NCBI GenBank assembly: GCA_040081625.1
Contig: JBEBGD010000015.1
Span: 1-64,000, forward strand
Origin: Chthoniobacteraceae bacterium
GTDB lineage: Bacteria > Verrucomicrobiota > Verrucomicrobiia > Chthoniobacterales > Chthoniobacteraceae
Direction: 5' to 3'
Length of the DNA stretch: 64,000 nt
Numbering within the stretch: position 1 is the stretch's first letter; each line of letters starts with the position of its first letter. Positions 28,971 to 39,359 of the stretch are shown here, piece after piece. A program made the translations under genes and the position numbers. The notes below the pieces were generated by a model that saw nothing but the letters and a program-made list of their open reading frames with translations, had not been told where the DNA came from and did not search any database.

Positions 28971-31133
28971 CTAGAAGCGCAGCCGCGTGCTGACGATGAA
29001 GTTCGTGCCGGCTTCGTTGATGCCGGAGCCGAGGTATCGGTAGTCTTCGTCGCCGATGTTTTCGAGCGCGGCGGTGACTTGCAGCCAGTCGCGCGGCTCC
29101 CAGCCGGCGCGGACGCTGAAGACCTGGTAGCCCTTCGTGCCGCCGGGCGGGATGCGCTGGGTGTCGGCCATGTCGCCGGGCGAGAGGCGGTCCTGCCGTC
29201 GGGCGAACTCTGCGGTGGTCTCGGCGAACCAGCGCTGGTCCGCACTCTGCCAGCGAAGGCCGATGAGGCCGGTGAGCGGCTGGATCCGCGAGGCCGGGCG
29301 CGCGGTGATGTGGCGGCCGACGTAGGTGTCGAGCTCGCCTTCGGTCCACGTGAGGTTCCCAAAGAGCGTGAAGCCGGCGCGGAAATTCCACTCGGCGCCG
29401 AACTCGACGCCGTGGATGAAGCCGTCGCCGACGTTGGCTTTCTGCACTTCCACGTCGCCTTCGACGAGGCGGCCGGTCGGGTAACGGATGATCTGGTTGT
29501 CGATCAGCGTGTGGAAATACGCGGCGTAGGTTTCGAGCCGGAGCTTCTCGCAGCGGAGCTTCGTGCCGATCTCGAAGGCGACGAAGTGCTCGGGCGAGAG
29601 ATTCGGCGCGGGAGTCTCGCGTTCGCCGGAGCGGGCGATGTCGAAGCTGGTGAGGTCCGCGAGCGTGGGCGCGCGGAATCCCTGGGAGACGCCGCCGAAG
29701 AAATTCCAGTCGCGCGCCACGTCGAGCCGGAAGCGCGCGCTGGCGGTGAGGGCGTCGAAGGTCTTGTCGATGGCGGGATAGGTCGTGGAGTCGAGCGGGT
29801 TGTCATCGACGATGCCGCCGCGCGCTTCCGCCCACGAGTATCGGACGCCGAGCGTGATCTCGAGCGGCTCAACCGGCTTGAAGCGATCCTGCACATAGAC
29901 GCCGAGTTGGTCGTAGGCGCCCTCGTCGGAGAATGGGCCGCGCGGCTTGATCGTGCTCAGCGATCCGTCCTCATTCCAGCGGCTGCCCCAGCTCTCGACG
30001 TTGTCGTGATAGTATTCGATGCCGTAGCTGAGCGTGCCGATGGGCGACGGGCTCTCGAGGTTGAGGACGAAGCCGTATTGATCGTCCTGGAAGCCGTCCA
30101 CGTCGCGCCGGCGCGTGTCGCGGATGCGGTCCTGCTCCTCGGCCTGGCGGTGAAAGGAGAAGCTGAAGCGGACCGAGTTCAGCCACGAGGCCACGTCGCG
30201 CTGCTCGTATTTGAGGTAGGCCAGTTCGCGCTCCTGGTCGAGGTCGCGGCGCAGGTCGGTGCCATCGGCGAGGCCGTCGAAGCCCTTGTCGGAATACTTC
30301 GTCGAGTGCCAGCGCGGGGCGTTGTTCTGCTCGGTGCGGTAGAAGGCGGCGGTGAGGTCCGTGTCCTTGTCGATCCGATACACGACCTTGAGGTCGCCAT
30401 CGACTTCACCGTAGCCGCTCTTGCTCTGCGTGCCGACGAGGTCGCCGCCGTGGAGGTCGTCGAAGTCCTTCCGCGTGATCCCGCCGAGCACGCCAAGCTG
30501 CGGGCCGAGCGCGAATCCGAACTCGCCGCGCGCGATGTGCGAATTCTCCGCGGTCGAGTAGCGATAGTGGGCGCCGCCGTGCATGGCGAATCGCTCCGGC
30601 AGCGCGACGGATTTCGCGTCCTTGCCCATCGGCGTCTCAGGCCACGGGAGCATCTGCGGATCGCGGGTCATGAGGTTCACTGCGCCGCCGATCGCATCGC
30701 TGCCGTAGAGCACGGACGACGGGCCTTTGACGATCTCGATCCGGTCGATCGTGAACGCATCGACCGTCGCGAAGTATTGATTCGGCCCCTCGCGGAAGGT
30801 CGCGTTGTTCAGCCGGATGCCGTCGATGAGCGTGAGCGTGCGGTAGCCGGTGAAGCCGCGCAGAAATGGCGACGCCTGCGCGTAACCCGTGCGCTGCACG
30901 AGGACGCCCGGCGTCTCGCTGAGCGCATCGACGAGCGTGCGCACCGAGCGCTCGTCGAGGAAGCGCTTCGAGCTGACGACGTGCGCCGTGTAGGGCGTCT
31001 CGAAGACGGTCTCCTCGGTCTGCGTGGCGGTGACGATGACGGGCGCGAGCGTCACCAATGGCGGTGCGTCCTGAGCCTGTGCGGCGACGAAAAGGAATGC
31101 GGCGAGTGAACGGTGCAGGGCTCGGGCGGGCAT
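28971..31133 (-). CDS. TonB-dependent receptor
   Basis: VIVTAT, LIDGIR, RIEIVKGPSSVLYG, QGFRAP, ENIGD, terminal F. Confidence 0.93.
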   Translation of the reverse strand: MPARALHRSLAAFLFVAAQAQDAPPLVTLAPVIVTATQTEETVFETPYTAHVVSSKRFLDERSVRTLVDALSETPGVLVQRTGYAQASPFLRGFTGYRTLTLIDGIRLNNATFREGPNQYFATVDAFTIDRIEIVKGPSSVLYGSDAIGGAVNLMTRDPQMLPWPETPMGKDAKSVALPERFAMHGGAHYRYSTAENSHIARGEFGFALGPQLGVLGGITRKDFDDLHGGDLVGTQSKSGYGEVDGDLKVVYRIDKDTDLTAAFYRTEQNNAPRWHSTKYSDKGFDGLADGTDLRRDLDQERELAYLKYEQRDVASWLNSVRFSFSFHRQAEEQDRIRDTRRRDVDGFQDDQYGFVLNLESPSPIGTLSYGIEYYHDNVESWGSRWNEDGSLSTIKPRGPFSDEGAYDQLGVYVQDRFKPVEPLEITLGVRYSWAEARGGIVDDNPLDSTTYPAIDKTFDALTASARFRLDVARDWNFFGGVSQGFRAPTLADLTSFDIARSGERETPAPNLSPEHFVAFEIGTKLRCEKLRLETYAAYFHTLIDNQIIRYPTGRLVEGDVEVQKANVGDGFIHGVEFGAEWNFRAGFTLFGNLTWTEGELDTYVGRHITARPASRIQPLTGLIGLRWQSADQRWFAETTAEFARRQDRLSPGDMADTQRIPPGGTKGYQVFSVRAGWEPRDWLQVTAALENIGDEDYRYLGSGINEAGTNFIVSTRLRF

Positions 31134-31181
31134 TGCGGGGAGAACGCTCCTGCCGCGGGATTCCTTAGACGCGCCGGCGCG

Positions 31182-32582
31182 TCAGTAGGTCTTCCGCATG
31201 TTGCTCGGCAGGATGCCGAGCTCGCTGCGGTATTTCGCGACGGTGCGCCGCGCGATCGGGATGCCCTTTGTCTTCAGCATCTCGACGATCTCCTTGTCGC
31301 TGAGCGGACTCTTCGCGTTCTCATCCTTCACCATCTCGGCGATGATGCCTTTCACGCTCGTGTTGCTCATCGATTCGCCGGCAGCGGTCTGGTAGCCGGG
31401 CGTGAAGAAATACTTCATCTCGAATACGCCGTGCGGCGTGGACATGTATTTGCCCGAGATGGCGCGGCTCACGGTCGTCTCGTGCACGCCGACCTCGTCG
31501 GCGATCTGCACCATCGTCATCGGCTTGAGCGCGCTCGGGCCGTATTCGAGAAATTCCTTCTGCCGATTGACGATGCGATGCGAGATGTTCGAGATCGTCT
31601 GCTGGCGCTGGTGGATCGACTTGATGAGGAATTTTCCGCTACGGATTTTGTCGCGGATGTATTCGCGCACCTCCTCCTTGCTCCGCGCGCTCGCCATCAG
31701 GTCCTTGTAAGTATTGCTGATTCGCAGGTGCGGGATCTGGTCGCCATTGAGGCTGATCAACCATTCGCCGCCGATCTTTTCGACCGTCACGTCCGGGAGC
31801 ACGTAGTTATTCGGGTCGGCGGTGAAAATTTGACCCGGCTTCGGGTCGAGCGTGCCGATGAAATTCGCGCTGCGCTGCACCTGCTCGGCCGTCGTGTTGA
31901 GCCGGCGCGCGATCTCGGGGAAACGCCGCTTGCCGAGGTCGTCGAGGAAACGATCGACGATGCGGTATTCGATCGACTGCTCCTTGCCGAGCCGCTTGAG
32001 CTGGATGAGCAGGCACTCACGCAAGTCGCGCGAGCCGACGCCGACCGGATGAAAAGTCTGCACGAACTCGAGCACGCGCGTGATGTCCACCACTTCCATT
32101 CCCGTGTTGTTCGCGATGTCCTCGGGCGTGTTCTGGAGAAAGCCGTGGTCGTCGATGCTGCCGATGATCAACTCGGCGATCTGCCGGTCCGCCGCATCCA
32201 GGTCGCAGCTCTGCACCTGTTCGAGCAAGTGCTGCTGGAGCGTCTCCTCCTTGACCAGTGAGTCGAAGAAAAACTGCCGGCGCTCCTCGTCCTCGGCCGA
32301 GCGCTGCGAGTAGCCCACGCTCTGCGCCATGTAATCGCGCCATTCCTCATCGAGCTTCGCGAGCCGGTCGAACTCCTCGTCGAACTCCTCCGCCTCGCGC
32401 TGCTTGTCTTCGATCGTCGGCTCCGTCTGCTCGATCTCGAGCGTCGGATTCGCCTCGATCTCCTGCTGGATGAGGTTGCGCAACTCGAGCATCGGCACCT
32501 GAAGAATCTGCAGGCTCTGCTGGAGCTGCGGTGCGAGGACTTGGGATTGGGAAAGGTGCTGTGTCTGTGAAAGACCGGCCAT
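31182..32582 (-). CDS. rpoN: RNA polymerase sigma-54
   Basis: Q-rich region I, HETTVSR, ARRTVAKYR RpoN box. Confidence 0.97.
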   Translation of the reverse strand: MAGLSQTQHLSQSQVLAPQLQQSLQILQVPMLELRNLIQQEIEANPTLEIEQTEPTIEDKQREAEEFDEEFDRLAKLDEEWRDYMAQSVGYSQRSAEDEERRQFFFDSLVKEETLQQHLLEQVQSCDLDAADRQIAELIIGSIDDHGFLQNTPEDIANNTGMEVVDITRVLEFVQTFHPVGVGSRDLRECLLIQLKRLGKEQSIEYRIVDRFLDDLGKRRFPEIARRLNTTAEQVQRSANFIGTLDPKPGQIFTADPNNYVLPDVTVEKIGGEWLISLNGDQIPHLRISNTYKDLMASARSKEEVREYIRDKIRSGKFLIKSIHQRQQTISNISHRIVNRQKEFLEYGPSALKPMTMVQIADEVGVHETTVSRAISGKYMSTPHGVFEMKYFFTPGYQTAAGESMSNTSVKGIIAEMVKDENAKSPLSDKEIVEMLKTKGIPIARRTVAKYRSELGILPSNMRKTY

Positions 32583-32694
32583 GGCGATGCGCATAGTAAC
32601 CGCGCGGTTCGCCCCGGCAAGCAGCATTCCTGCCAGCGCCCGTTTCAAATTTACCACCGCACTGCGGCACCGTTCCGGCTTTACCCTCGCGTCC

Positions 32695-32949
32695 ATGAAG
32701 CCCAAACGTCTCGCAATCACCCTCCTCGGCTGTGCCGTGCTCGCCGGAGCACTGCTGCTCCCCGGCGAATCCTCCGGACAGGCCGGCACCGACGAGACTC
32801 AAGTCCAGCAGGTCCTTGCGGAGCTCACCGCCCAGCAGACCCTCGTCGCGGAAAACCAGGCGAAGATCGACGAAAAAGTCGCCCTCATCGCCGAGGAAGT
32901 CCGCGTCGCCCGCATCTTCGTCGGCCGTGCCGGCGGCAAAGCCAAATAA
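32695..32949 (+). CDS. Small exported coiled-coil protein
   Basis: MKPKRLAITLLG signal, helical mature part, biased codons. Confidence 0.6.
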   Translation: MKPKRLAITLLGCAVLAGALLLPGESSGQAGTDETQVQQVLAELTAQQTLVAENQAKIDEKVALIAEEVRVARIFVGRAGGKAK

Positions 32950-32952
32950 CCC

Positions 32953-33177
32953 ATGTGCCGCTCATCCTTGCTCGTCCTTCTCCTCGTCCTCCCGCTCGCT
33001 TTCGGCGCGCGCGTCCACAGTCAGACCGTCACCGGCGCCAAAAGCACGCTCCAGCAGCTCCAGGCCATGAAGGCTGCAAATCTGGCTCTGATCGAGAAAC
33101 AGACCGCCGTCCTGCTCAAGCTCGAGGAACTCCAAAAGGAAGCCGCGCAGATCAAATTCCTCGCCAAGCGCGGGTAG
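32953..33177 (+). CDS. Small exported coiled-coil protein
   Basis: Signal-like N-terminus, helical mature part; 3 nt after previous stop. Confidence 0.6.
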   Translation: MCRSSLLVLLLVLPLAFGARVHSQTVTGAKSTLQQLQAMKAANLALIEKQTAVLLKLEELQKEAAQIKFLAKRG

Positions 33178-33187
33178 CGGCCTGCGC

Positions 33188-33673
33188 TCAGCCCGCGTCC
33201 TCCCATTTATCCGCGATCTGGAAAAGCCCGCGCAGCCGCTGCGCGTGCCGGTGGTCGGAAACGTAAGCCTCGTCCTCGACCCACTTCGCGTGGCCCTGGA
33301 TGCCGAAGGCTTCCTCGATCTCGCGCCGCGGGATGTGCATCGTGCGCGCGATCTCGCCTCCGTGCTGGACGATGAAATGTTTGCGATCCGCGCCGCGACG
33401 AACCTCGCCGCGCGGGAACGCGTCGTAATCCGCGACCAGCAAACCGAGCTTGTCGTTGATCGCGGAGTAGTGCGTTTTGAATGCGGCGGGACCGTCCTGC
33501 GCGAGGCGCGCCAGCCAGATGCTCATGAACGGTTCGAGCACCTGCACCCAGCAGTCCGGCAGCCCGATCGGCCCGTATTCATCGTGTCGAAACGTGCAGA
33601 GCTGCCAGCCGCCGGGCAGGCGGACGACATAGAAGACACCTTCGGAGGGTTCAACCGGCGGATGGTCGGTCAC
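33188..33673 (-). CDS. Hypothetical protein
   Basis: GTG start VTDHPP; protein-like composition (GVFYVV, DAFPRGEV). Confidence 0.55.
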   Translation of the reverse strand: MTDHPPVEPSEGVFYVVRLPGGWQLCTFRHDEYGPIGLPDCWVQVLEPFMSIWLARLAQDGPAAFKTHYSAINDKLGLLVADYDAFPRGEVRRGADRKHFIVQHGGEIARTMHIPRREIEEAFGIQGHAKWVEDEAYVSDHRHAQRLRGLFQIADKWEDAG

Positions 33674-33802
33674 GGCGGGGAAAGGGGCGTAGATTGCAAA
33701 GTCGCGCGCGACCTTGCAAGCGCACGGAAAGGCAGGGTCGCCGCGAAAAGACTCGCCCTTGCGCCGCACCCGCGCGAGTTTCGCCGCTCGCAAAATACAT
33801 CG

Positions 33803-35272
33803 ATGGAAGAAACCGCACCCGTGGATCAACTCGCACCCGCAGAGCCGGCGCCCGCCGCGCCCGCGCCAGAAATCGCGCCCGACCCGGCCGCGCTCGCCGA
33901 ACTCGCCGAGCGCGCCTCCGTGCAGCGCCTGCCTCCCCCCGATGAGGAAAGAGCCGCGCAACTTCTCCGGGCCGCGCTTCTCGCCGGCACCGATGATTCG
34001 GCGGCGCTCGTTGCGTTGCTGATCCGGCTCGGCTGGTCCGCGACCGTCAAAGGCGTCGTCGCCGCGTGGCCGGACCTGAAGGCCACCGCGAAGACCGCCT
34101 TGCTCAAGAGCCTCACCATCGACGAGACCGAAGCGGGCCGGCGCATCCGGCTCAGCCTCGCCCGCGGCATGTTCAAAGTGCCGGACATCGCCGCCAGCAC
34201 GCGGTTGATCGTCGGCGTGTGCAAGGACATCCGCGACAAGACCACCGGCGAGATCCCGATGCGCGACGCGCAGAATTTCGCCAGCGTCCTCATCGGAAAA
34301 GGCAAGCCGTGGATCGCGCTGATCCCGCTCGCCGACCTCAAGCCCGCCGACGCGGAGTTGCTCGTCCATTGCGCCGTCATCGCGGCATTCACCGTCGGCG
34401 GTCCCCCGGTCACGCCACTCGGAGTGCTGAAATGGGCCGCTGACGCCGGCAGGCTCGCCGAACTCGACCCGGTCGCCGTCGCCAGCGTCGCAAAAGCCGT
34501 CGCGCGATGGAGCCCGAAATGGGCGGAGTCCCTGCGCAACGAAGTGCCCACCGCGCCCGAGCCCATCCTCGCCGCGCTCAAGTCCGCCGAGCCCGACGCC
34601 CCGAAGGGCGCGCCGGACGAGACCGACGACGAAGATCTGCCGGACGAGCAAAATGAAACCCCCTCCGACGATGGCGACGAGTCCCGGCCCAAGGATCGCC
34701 CGGTCTATGTTTCAAAAACCATTCAGCCGAGCGAAGGCCGCGGCTCACAACAGCGCGAGCCTCGCGAGCCCCGCGGCGCACAGGCGAAGTCCGCGCAATT
34801 CAACGCCGGCGACGCGCTGCGCCAGCTCGATGCACACATCGTCTGGCTGAAAAATGAACTCAACGCCGCCGACCGCAAAGCGCGCACCCGCGACGATGAT
34901 CGCCGGCAGGAACGCAAGAAACCCGACGTGCCGATCATCGCCGGCGAGCCGACCCCGGAAGAACTCGCGCGCCTCAACGTGCAGCTCGAAGCCCGAATCG
35001 CCGAGCTGACCGTGCGCATCGACGATCTCACTGGCGACGCCGAAGCCCGCGCGACCAGCGCCGGCATCTTCAGCGGCGAACAACCTCCGCCCGACACCCA
35101 GCTCCGCACGCTGCTCGCGCTCAAGCTCACCGAGTGCTACGCGGACTTCGCCGCGCTCGAGCAGGAAGACCGCGACCTCGTCATCCCGCAGCACTACCGC
35201 ACCGTGCTCGCGGAAGTCTTCGAGGTGCTCAAGGCCGAGGGCGTCCCTCTCGCGCCGCCGCCCGCGAGTTGA
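33803..35272 (+). CDS. Hypothetical protein (helical N-domain, acidic linker, coiled coil)
   Basis: Start MEETAP; strong codon bias. Confidence 0.7.
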   Translation: MEETAPVDQLAPAEPAPAAPAPEIAPDPAALAELAERASVQRLPPPDEERAAQLLRAALLAGTDDSAALVALLIRLGWSATVKGVVAAWPDLKATAKTALLKSLTIDETEAGRRIRLSLARGMFKVPDIAASTRLIVGVCKDIRDKTTGEIPMRDAQNFASVLIGKGKPWIALIPLADLKPADAELLVHCAVIAAFTVGGPPVTPLGVLKWAADAGRLAELDPVAVASVAKAVARWSPKWAESLRNEVPTAPEPILAALKSAEPDAPKGAPDETDDEDLPDEQNETPSDDGDESRPKDRPVYVSKTIQPSEGRGSQQREPREPRGAQAKSAQFNAGDALRQLDAHIVWLKNELNAADRKARTRDDDRRQERKKPDVPIIAGEPTPEELARLNVQLEARIAELTVRIDDLTGDAEARATSAGIFSGEQPPPDTQLRTLLALKLTECYADFAALEQEDRDLVIPQHYRTVLAEVFEVLKAEGVPLAPPPAS

Positions 35273-35273
35273 G

Positions 35274-37040
35274 CTACAGCCGCGAGATCAGCAGCTCGCG
35301 CTGGAAGATCAGCTCCTTCGGCAGGCGGTCGTGGAGCTGGAGGAAAAGCTCGGTCTGGCTGAGCAGCTCGCGGTTCCACTCGGCGGCGTCGATCTTCACG
35401 CACTGGTCGAACTTTTCCCGCGGGTAGTCGAGCCCGGTCCAGTCGAACTCCTCGTAGCGCGGCATCCAGCCGATCGGCGTCTCGTGCGCCTTGCCGCGGC
35501 CGTGGCAGCGGTCGGTGATCCATTTGAGCACGCGGAAGTTTTCGCCGAAGCCGGGCCAGAGGAACTTGTCGTCGCCGTCCTTGCGGAACCAGTTCACGTG
35601 GAAGATGCGCGGCGGGTCGTCGATCTCGCGGCGGATGCCGAGCCAGTGGTTGAAGTAGTCGCCCATGTGGTAGCCGCAGAAGGGCAGCATCGCCATCGGG
35701 TCGCGCCGCACCTGGCCGATGGTGCCGGCGGCGGCGGCGGTCATCTCGCTGCCCATCGTCGCGCCGAGATAGACGCCGTGGGTCCAGTTGAAGGACTGGA
35801 AGATGAGCGGCATCGTCGTCGCGCGGCGGCCTCCGAAGATGATCGCGCTGATCGGCACGCCGTGCGGGTCCTCGGCTTCCGACGCGAGCACGGGATTGTT
35901 GCGCATCGGCGCGGTGAAGCGGCTGTTCGGGTGCGCGGCGGCGCTGCCGGAGTCGGGCGACCACGGGTTGCCCTTCCAATCGAGCAGCCCGGCGGGCGGC
36001 GGATCGTCGTGGCCTTCCCACCACACGGTGCCGTCGGGCGCGAGCGCGACGTTCGTGTAGATCGTGTCGCGGGCGATCGACGCCATCGCGTTCGGGTTGG
36101 ATTTGCGGTTCGTCCCCGGCGCGACGCCGAAGTAACCGGCCTCGGGATTGATCGCGTAGAGCCGGCCATCGGGCCCCGGCTTCATCCATGCGATGTCGTC
36201 GCCGATGGTCGTGACCTTCCAGCCGGCGAAGGCTTTCGGCGGGATGAGCATCGCGAAGTTCGTCTTGCCGCATGCGCTCGGGAAGGCCGCGGCGACGTAA
36301 GTCTTTTCGCCATCGGGCGACTCGACGCAGAGGATCAACATGTGCTCGGCCATCCAGCCCTGCTGCCGCCCGAGGTAACTGCCGATGCGCAGCGCGAGGC
36401 ATTTTTTCCCGAGCAGCACATTGCCGCCGTAGCCGGAGCCGACGGAGATGATCGTGTTGTCCTGCGGAAAGTGGCAGATGAAGCGGCGCTCGGGATTGCA
36501 GTCGAGCGTGCTGTGGACGCCGCGGTTGAAGTCGTCGCTGTCGCCGAGGTGATCGAGCGCGATGCGGCCCATGCGCGACATGATGCGCATATTCAGCACG
36601 ACGTAAATCGAGTCGGTGATCTCGATGCCGACCTTGCTCATCGGCGAGCCGGGCGGGCCCATGAGATAAGGCACGACATACATCGTGCGGCCCTTCATCG
36701 CGCCCGCGAGCAGGCCGCTGAGCTTGTCATACATCTCGCGCGGCGGCGCCCAGTTGTTGTTCGGACCGGCGCCGGCTTTGGTGAGCGCGCAGATGAAGGT
36801 GCATTGCTCGACGCGGGCGACGTCGTTCGGGTTCGAGCGGTGGAAGTAGCAGCCGGGGAGCTTTTCCTGGTTCAGCGCGGTGAGCACGCCGGTGAGCACG
36901 GCCTCGCCGAGCAGGTATTCCTTCTCAGCCTCGGAGCCATCGACCCAGAACACGCGGTCCGGCTGGCAGTGAAGACGGTAGGTTTCGACCCAATCGACGA
37001 GCGCCTTGTTGGTCGGAGCGGTGGTGCCGTAGGTTGCCAT
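35274..37040 (-). CDS. pckG: Phosphoenolpyruvate carboxykinase (GTP)
   Basis: [49 protein letters not shown]. Confidence 0.97.
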   Translation of the reverse strand: MATYGTTAPTNKALVDWVETYRLHCQPDRVFWVDGSEAEKEYLLGEAVLTGVLTALNQEKLPGCYFHRSNPNDVARVEQCTFICALTKAGAGPNNNWAPPREMYDKLSGLLAGAMKGRTMYVVPYLMGPPGSPMSKVGIEITDSIYVVLNMRIMSRMGRIALDHLGDSDDFNRGVHSTLDCNPERRFICHFPQDNTIISVGSGYGGNVLLGKKCLALRIGSYLGRQQGWMAEHMLILCVESPDGEKTYVAAAFPSACGKTNFAMLIPPKAFAGWKVTTIGDDIAWMKPGPDGRLYAINPEAGYFGVAPGTNRKSNPNAMASIARDTIYTNVALAPDGTVWWEGHDDPPPAGLLDWKGNPWSPDSGSAAAHPNSRFTAPMRNNPVLASEAEDPHGVPISAIIFGGRRATTMPLIFQSFNWTHGVYLGATMGSEMTAAAAGTIGQVRRDPMAMLPFCGYHMGDYFNHWLGIRREIDDPPRIFHVNWFRKDGDDKFLWPGFGENFRVLKWITDRCHGRGKAHETPIGWMPRYEEFDWTGLDYPREKFDQCVKIDAAEWNRELLSQTELFLQLHDRLPKELIFQRELLISRL

Positions 37041-37156
37041 AAGGCGGGGAGTTTAGAGGCGGCGTGGCGAGTGACAAGAGGCGGAGATTGTCGGGACGTG
37101 CCCATCGCCTGCGCGATTGCCGCGCGCGAAGAACGCGCTTACCAATGCTCACACGC

Positions 37157-37996
37157 ATGAGCTACGGGCAAAGCTTTCACGACACCCAACCGATCACCTG
37201 GTGGAATCGGGTGCCCGTTTATCTCACCGGCGTGCTCACTGCCGCGCTCGCTTTCGGCGTGATCGTGTGCGCGATCCTCGGCATCGGAAATTATCCCGCG
37301 CCGTTCGCGTTCAGCACTGCGGCATTCATGGATGGCCGGATCTGGACGCCGCTCACCTACGCGTTCGCGGATCGCATGAGCTTCTTCACGCCGCTCGGGT
37401 TGATGTGCTTTTACGTCTGGGGCGTGGAGATCGAGAAGCACATCGGTCGGCAGCGCTTCAGCACGCTGTTCGTGCTGCTACTCGCAGCGCAGCCGCTCGT
37501 CTGCGTGCTGTGGTCCGCGCTCGGCGTGCCGGCGACGCAGTTCGGCAACTACGAGATCATGGCCGCGATGCTCATCGGCTTCGCTGTGCTCTATCCGAAC
37601 GTCGAATACCTCTTCGGCTGGGTGCCGCTGAAATGGTTCGCCTTCGTGTGCTTCATCGCCGGCTCGCTCATGTTGCTCGGCCAGCGTGACTGGATCCGCC
37701 TCTCGTTCCTTTGGGTCGAGTGCGGCGTCGCCTTCGGCTACATCCGCTGGGTGCAGCACGGCGGTGAGTTCCGGCTGCCGAGTGTGAGTCTTCCGCTCGG
37801 CGGCAGGCGCCCGAAGTTGCGCGTGCTCCCCGACCCGGCCGCCGCCGATGAGGAAGAGGACGCGCCGATGGCGGAAGTCGATGCGCTGCTCGACAAGATC
37901 GCGAAGTCCGGCATCGGCAGCCTGTCCCCAGGCGAGCGCGCGCGGCTCGAGAAGGCGCGCGAGGAATTGATGAAGCGCGAGAGCCCGCGGCGATGA
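37157..37996 (+). CDS. Rhomboid-superfamily membrane protein, catalytic residues not evident
   Basis: GRIWTPLTYAF, GVEIE..IG, C-terminal VDALLDKIAKSGIGSLSPGER tail. Confidence 0.65.
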   Translation: MSYGQSFHDTQPITWWNRVPVYLTGVLTAALAFGVIVCAILGIGNYPAPFAFSTAAFMDGRIWTPLTYAFADRMSFFTPLGLMCFYVWGVEIEKHIGRQRFSTLFVLLLAAQPLVCVLWSALGVPATQFGNYEIMAAMLIGFAVLYPNVEYLFGWVPLKWFAFVCFIAGSLMLLGQRDWIRLSFLWVECGVAFGYIRWVQHGGEFRLPSVSLPLGGRRPKLRVLPDPAAADEEEDAPMAEVDALLDKIAKSGIGSLSPGERARLEKAREELMKRESPRR

Positions 37997-38694
37997 GCGA
38001 TTCGCAGCCCGTGCCCGAGCCGCCGAAGCCGAACCGCTTCGACCCGACCTACGTCAACGCGATGTCGCATTTCTATCGCGGCGAGCTGGGCCGGATCATG
38101 ATCTGGCGCCAGCGGCTCGACGTGACGACTTCGTGGGCGATCACGCTCAGCTCCGCGGTGTTCGGCTTCGCCTTCGCGAACCGCGAAGTTCCGCACATCA
38201 TCTTCTTCTTCAACCTCGCCGTCGTCTGGGGACTGCTCTGGATCGAGGCCAGGCGCTATCGTTTCTACGACGCGTTCCGCGCCCGCGTGCGGATGCTCGA
38301 GGCGCACTTCCTCGTGCCCATCGTCTCGCAAAACACCGCGATGCTCCAGGGCGAGTGGCAGAAGCTCGTCTGCGCCGACCTCGTCCTGCCGTCGTTCAAG
38401 ATCGGGCGATTCGAGGCGATCGGCCGCCGGCTGCGGCGCAACTACGCTTTCATTTTCGTCATCATCCTCGTCGCGTGGACGACGAAGATCTTCCTGCACG
38501 CCGACCCGAAGATCGACTCATGGCGCACCTTCTATCGCGCGCTCCACGTCGGCGCATCGATCCCGAGCTGGCTGGTCGCCGCGCTCTTCCTCGGCACGAT
38601 CATCAGCGTCGTGGCGATCGTGATTTACGTGGGGCGGAAATTCTCCGGCGAGATCAGCGAGTTCGGCACGCACCGCTCGCTCTGGCGGCTGTGA
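37993..38694 (+). CDS. DUF2270 membrane protein
   Basis: HFYRGE, WRQRLDVTTSWA, EARRYR, RRLRRNY. Confidence 0.85.
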   Translation: MSDSQPVPEPPKPNRFDPTYVNAMSHFYRGELGRIMIWRQRLDVTTSWAITLSSAVFGFAFANREVPHIIFFFNLAVVWGLLWIEARRYRFYDAFRARVRMLEAHFLVPIVSQNTAMLQGEWQKLVCADLVLPSFKIGRFEAIGRRLRRNYAFIFVIILVAWTTKIFLHADPKIDSWRTFYRALHVGASIPSWLVAALFLGTIISVVAIVIYVGRKFSGEISEFGTHRSLWRL

Positions 38695-38700
38695 ATTCAA

Positions 38701-39246
38701 TCAAGCGCTCGGGATCATCCCGCTCTGGCGCGCGTAATTAAAGACGCCGCCGGCATCGATCACCGGGCGCGCGGCGCCGAGCGGCTTGAGCGAATACGTC
38801 GTGCCGCCGACGGTCAGCGTGTCCGCGTCGAAGTCGAGCGTCGCCACGTCGCCGGTCTTGATCTTGTCGCAGAGCCGTTCGTTGGCGTCGTATGGGTAGA
38901 GTTCGCCGGTGGCGACGCAGTTGCGGAAGAAAATGCGCGCGTAGCTCTCGGCGATGACCGCCTTCACCCCCGCAGCGCCGAGTGCGATCGGCGCGTGTTC
39001 GCGCGAGCTGCCGCAGCCGTAGTTGCGGCCCGCGATCACGATCTGAAACGTGGTCTTCGTCTGCCCCTCGGGCACGAAGCGCACCGGGTAGAGGCTGTCG
39101 GGCAGGCCGATCATCGCGTAGCTGCCGAGCTTCGCGTATTCCTCGGCGATGGTCGGCACGAGCGTGAGGTATTGCGCGGGGATGATCTGGTCGGTGTCGA
39201 TGTTGTCCTGAACGACATAGACCGGGCTGGTGATGGTGTTGGGCAT
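38701..39246 (-). CDS. leuD: 3-isopropylmalate dehydratase small subunit
   Basis: DNIDTDQIIPA, NYGCGSSREHAP, SYARIFFRN. Confidence 0.9.
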   Translation of the reverse strand: MPNTITSPVYVVQDNIDTDQIIPAQYLTLVPTIAEEYAKLGSYAMIGLPDSLYPVRFVPEGQTKTTFQIVIAGRNYGCGSSREHAPIALGAAGVKAVIAESYARIFFRNCVATGELYPYDANERLCDKIKTGDVATLDFDADTLTVGGTTYSLKPLGAARPVIDAGGVFNYARQSGMIPSA

Positions 39247-39260
39247 GATGGGTGGCTTCG

Positions 39261-39359
39261 GTTCTTACTCTTGCTCCTACGCTTACTCTTACCCGGCGCG
39301 AGCGCGCCAACGGTTTTTCCACGCCGGGTAAGAGTCGGAAAATGAGTAAGAGTAGGAAC
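39261..39359. repeat. Intergenic hairpin of degenerate hexamer repeats (TTACTC)n / (GAGTAA)n
   Basis: gttc ttactc ttgctc ctacgc ttactc ttaccc ggcg ... cgcc gggtaa gagtcg gaaaat gagtaa gagtag gaac. Confidence 0.85.

Noticed and set aside
30590..30660. Linker PETPMGKDAKSVALPE in the TonB receptor
   Set aside because: Probably a variable plug-barrel linker; no DNA repeat structure seen.
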